Below, in pieces: positions 61,321-64,000 of a DNA stretch of 64,000 nt (position 1 is its first letter; each line of letters opens with the position of its first letter). The notes below the pieces were generated by a model. The model was not told the DNA's origin, did not search any database, and saw nothing but the letters and a program-made list of their open reading frames with translations. The stretch lies in NCBI RefSeq assembly GCF_009914755.1, contig NC_060935.1; one strand, 5' to 3'. Both the position numbers and the translations under genes were made by a program. Source of the stretch: the human T2T-CHM13v2.0 reference genome, Homo sapiens.

Positions 61321-63197
61321 GGACTGGCCATGTTATAAAACCACAACCTAAGCTAGAAAAGGAGTCTCCCTTGGCCAGCGAAGAGCATGCATTTTGCAGT
61401 CAGACTTGTCTGGCTCTGTATAATATCTCTGTATCCTTGGACAAGGCCTCTTTATTTGCAAAGTGTGTGTTCCTAAACACACGCTTGGGTCTTTGCATTT
61501 TATGGTCATGATCTTGGGTTCTCCTTCAAACCTGAAAAGGCATGTCTCCCCCACACCTCACCATCTGGCCCCCAGACAGAGTGACATCTGTAAAGCTTGG
61601 CTGTCTTAGGAAATGTCACTTGCGAAATGAATTCAGATAGGCCAGCCATGAGTGCTGTCACCAGAAGGGGAAGAGCCTGAAGAAGCCTGAACAAAGAAGG
61701 TTACTAAATGGTCACCCCCCATACCCCCTCGCCAGGCGGGGCTAATGCCGGCCTGCTTCAGTGCTTCCACTGCTCATCTGGCCCGGCAGTCCCGGAGGAC
61801 TCCGGATGACCAGGAGACGGGACACAAAGGGGGCCGCTGAGGCTGGGAGGTGGGTGAGGGGCAGAAATAAGTGACCGTCACCTTGGAAAAATGTAGACTC
61901 ATTATCTGAGGCCTGTTACAACACCCGCAGCCATTCTGCAGGCCTGGAGGAGGGGGTGGGGTCGGAAGCCCCTTGGGCTGGAATAGACAATTTCAGGGGA
62001 TTGCCCCTGAGGGGGCAGGCCCTTGATTCTACAAACAATTGGTTCCAGTTAAACATCATCTGGATCCTGCAAAGCGGACTTGAAAGGCAGCCTGAAAGGG
62101 AGAGGCCGGGGCTTCCTGCTTGGGCTGGTTCCGTTGAGAAAGCTCTAGCCACCTGGTATCTGGCACGGGGACTAATGTGGAAAAGGATAACTGGCCTTCC
62201 AGGCCGAGAGCCTAAAGGAAAGCTTCAGGAGAAGATTTGAATGCAGGAAAGAAACCAGACAGCCTCAAAAAGGACAATCTCAGTGTTAGCCCTGTCGGTG
62301 CAGGAGCAGACTGGTACCTGCCACCTCTGGAGAGGTGTTTTCTTTGGAGACGGCTAAGGCGCCAGCTTATGCTTGCCTGTGGACCCACTGGAGCCGAGTG
62401 AAATCCCTGTAGATGCAACCCATGCTCACAGCACCTGGGTCCTCAAGGGCTCCAGTAAGAGGGTAACTCCCCCAAGCCTGCCTGTGGCTGCTCATAGCAG
62501 GCGGAGCAGGGCAGGCCGTGAGCAGTGGCCCGGAATTAGGAGGTCCAGCTGCCTGGGTAAGTGATCATTTCTGTTTGAGTCCTAGCCCCTTGGAAGCATG
62601 TCTGCTTTTTTTTGGTAATTATTTTAATTTTAAATGTTTATTCAAAAATGTATTCCTGCTACCCACAGGCTCCAAGGGGCCCGCTCCCTCCTTCCTACCT
62701 CCACTTTCTCTCAACCCCCCACTCACCCTCTCAAGAGAGGAAATGGTGGATCCCTCATCTGGAGCCAGAATGCAACTAGATCTTGCTTTCTAGGCTGGGT
62801 ACGGACCAAGGCATGTCCTGCAGGGATGGGGGAACTTGTGGGGACGCTGGACACAGACCCATGAAGGGCAGCCACTTTGAATGGCAAGTGCTGGGGACGG
62901 ACAGCCCGCTCCACCACCGTCTTGGGCCACTGCACAGGAAGATGGTGTGGGGGAGTGCGCCCCCTCCTAGTGGCCCCCAGAGGGCACCATGGGTCTGTGC
63001 GGCCACAGGTCCCCAGGCTGGGCCTCGAGCTGCCCTGCGCAGCTCCTGCTGGAATTGGGCTTTGCCAGGGACTGGGATCTTTATGTCGTTCCCCTAACGC
63101 CTGAGTCACGGCCGGTCACTGACCCACAGCCACTTTGGTTCAGGTTCTCAGTGACCTTAGGAATTTCTATACCTGTTTCAGGCAGGCAGGCAGGCGA

Positions 63198-63352
63198 CTT
63201 TTTTTTTGAGAGAGAGTCTTGCTTTGTTGTCCAGGCTGAGGTGCAGGGGTGATCATAGCTCACTGCAGCCTCGAACCCCTGGGCTCTGTGATCCTCCCAC
63301 CTCAGCCTCCTGAGCAGCTGGGAATACAGATGTGCACCACTATGCCCAGCTA
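63198..63352 (-). mobile_element. Alu right monomer
   Basis: Single-arm Alu similarity. Confidence 0.8.
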
Positions 63353-64000
63353 ACTGGCAGGGAATGTTTTAAAAACTTATATTTGTGCCTGAACTTTGCA
63401 CCTAAAACTACAGCCATAACTCCAGTACACTCTTGGACCTGAGTCGGCGCCTCACCATCTCCCTCCATTACCTCTGCTAGTGGCCTTGTGGTGGTACAGC
63501 CAGCTTAGCTTAGCTGGGCCTGGGGGCAGCAGTCACCCAGGGATAGGTCCCTCAAATCAATCAGGCCAGGTCAGGCCTGGGTGAAGGAGGCCCTGCTGCC
63601 ACTTTGGTGGGCTGTGCCATTTGGGGATGTGCCTCTGAAGACAACCCCCAAAATAGCTCCCACATAAAGGGCCGTGGAGGGGATGGGAGTGGAGATCAGG
63701 AAAGCCTGATAGTGTCATATTCCTCAGTCATTTGGTGTCTGTCCAGCTCAGTGGCACACATGTGCTTAATTAAATGTGAGCGTGGGCGGGTGAGGAATGG
63801 ATCCAGGCTTCGTTTCTGGAGAGAGGCGAGTGCTGGGTGGCCACAGCAATGGCTTTGGTAGGGTCTTGGCTCTGAGAGGGGGGAGACCTGAGTAACAGCG
63901 TTAGCTCTGGGATCTCTTCCTGGTCCTAAGGGGCTCCTCCCCAGTTCTGAACTCTGAGTAACCCTCTACCAGGAGCAGTGAGGCCAAGGTCATTGTTAAT

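Noticed and set aside
59920-64000. ABTB2, which I recall as the convergent neighbouring gene
   Set aside because: No exon or polyA signal could be assigned in this window; its 3' end probably lies at or just beyond the edge

Overview
Primate genomic DNA, almost certainly human chr11p13; identified by recognising the encoded proteins, not by a search. It holds two + strand genes in tandem. (1) The 3' half of CAPRIN1: 8 coding exons at 2400-12371, an alternative unspliced C-terminus (...RGNILWW*) and a ~3.2 kb 3'UTR ending near 15.6 kb. (2) After a ~3 kb gap, a CpG-island promoter and the complete NAT10 gene: non-coding exon 1 plus 28 coding exons at 21229-59195, which I summed to 3078 nt (1025 aa + stop), with polyA signal at 59890. 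The last ~4 kb looks intergenic. Introns are dense in Alu, L1, L2, MIR and hAT elements, and most listed ORFs are Alu-derived or chance. I see no wholly new gene system. The best leads are in RNA processing: a U12-type intron in NAT10 and a possible U12 relic, a GC-AG intron after the in-frame CAPRIN1 exon carrying a SPOP degron, an L2-derived polyA signal that could end the short CAPRIN1 isoform, two G-rich NAT10 acceptors sharing an 11-mer, and a perfect 3'UTR hairpin. Exon boundaries were read base by base; repeat boundaries are approximate.
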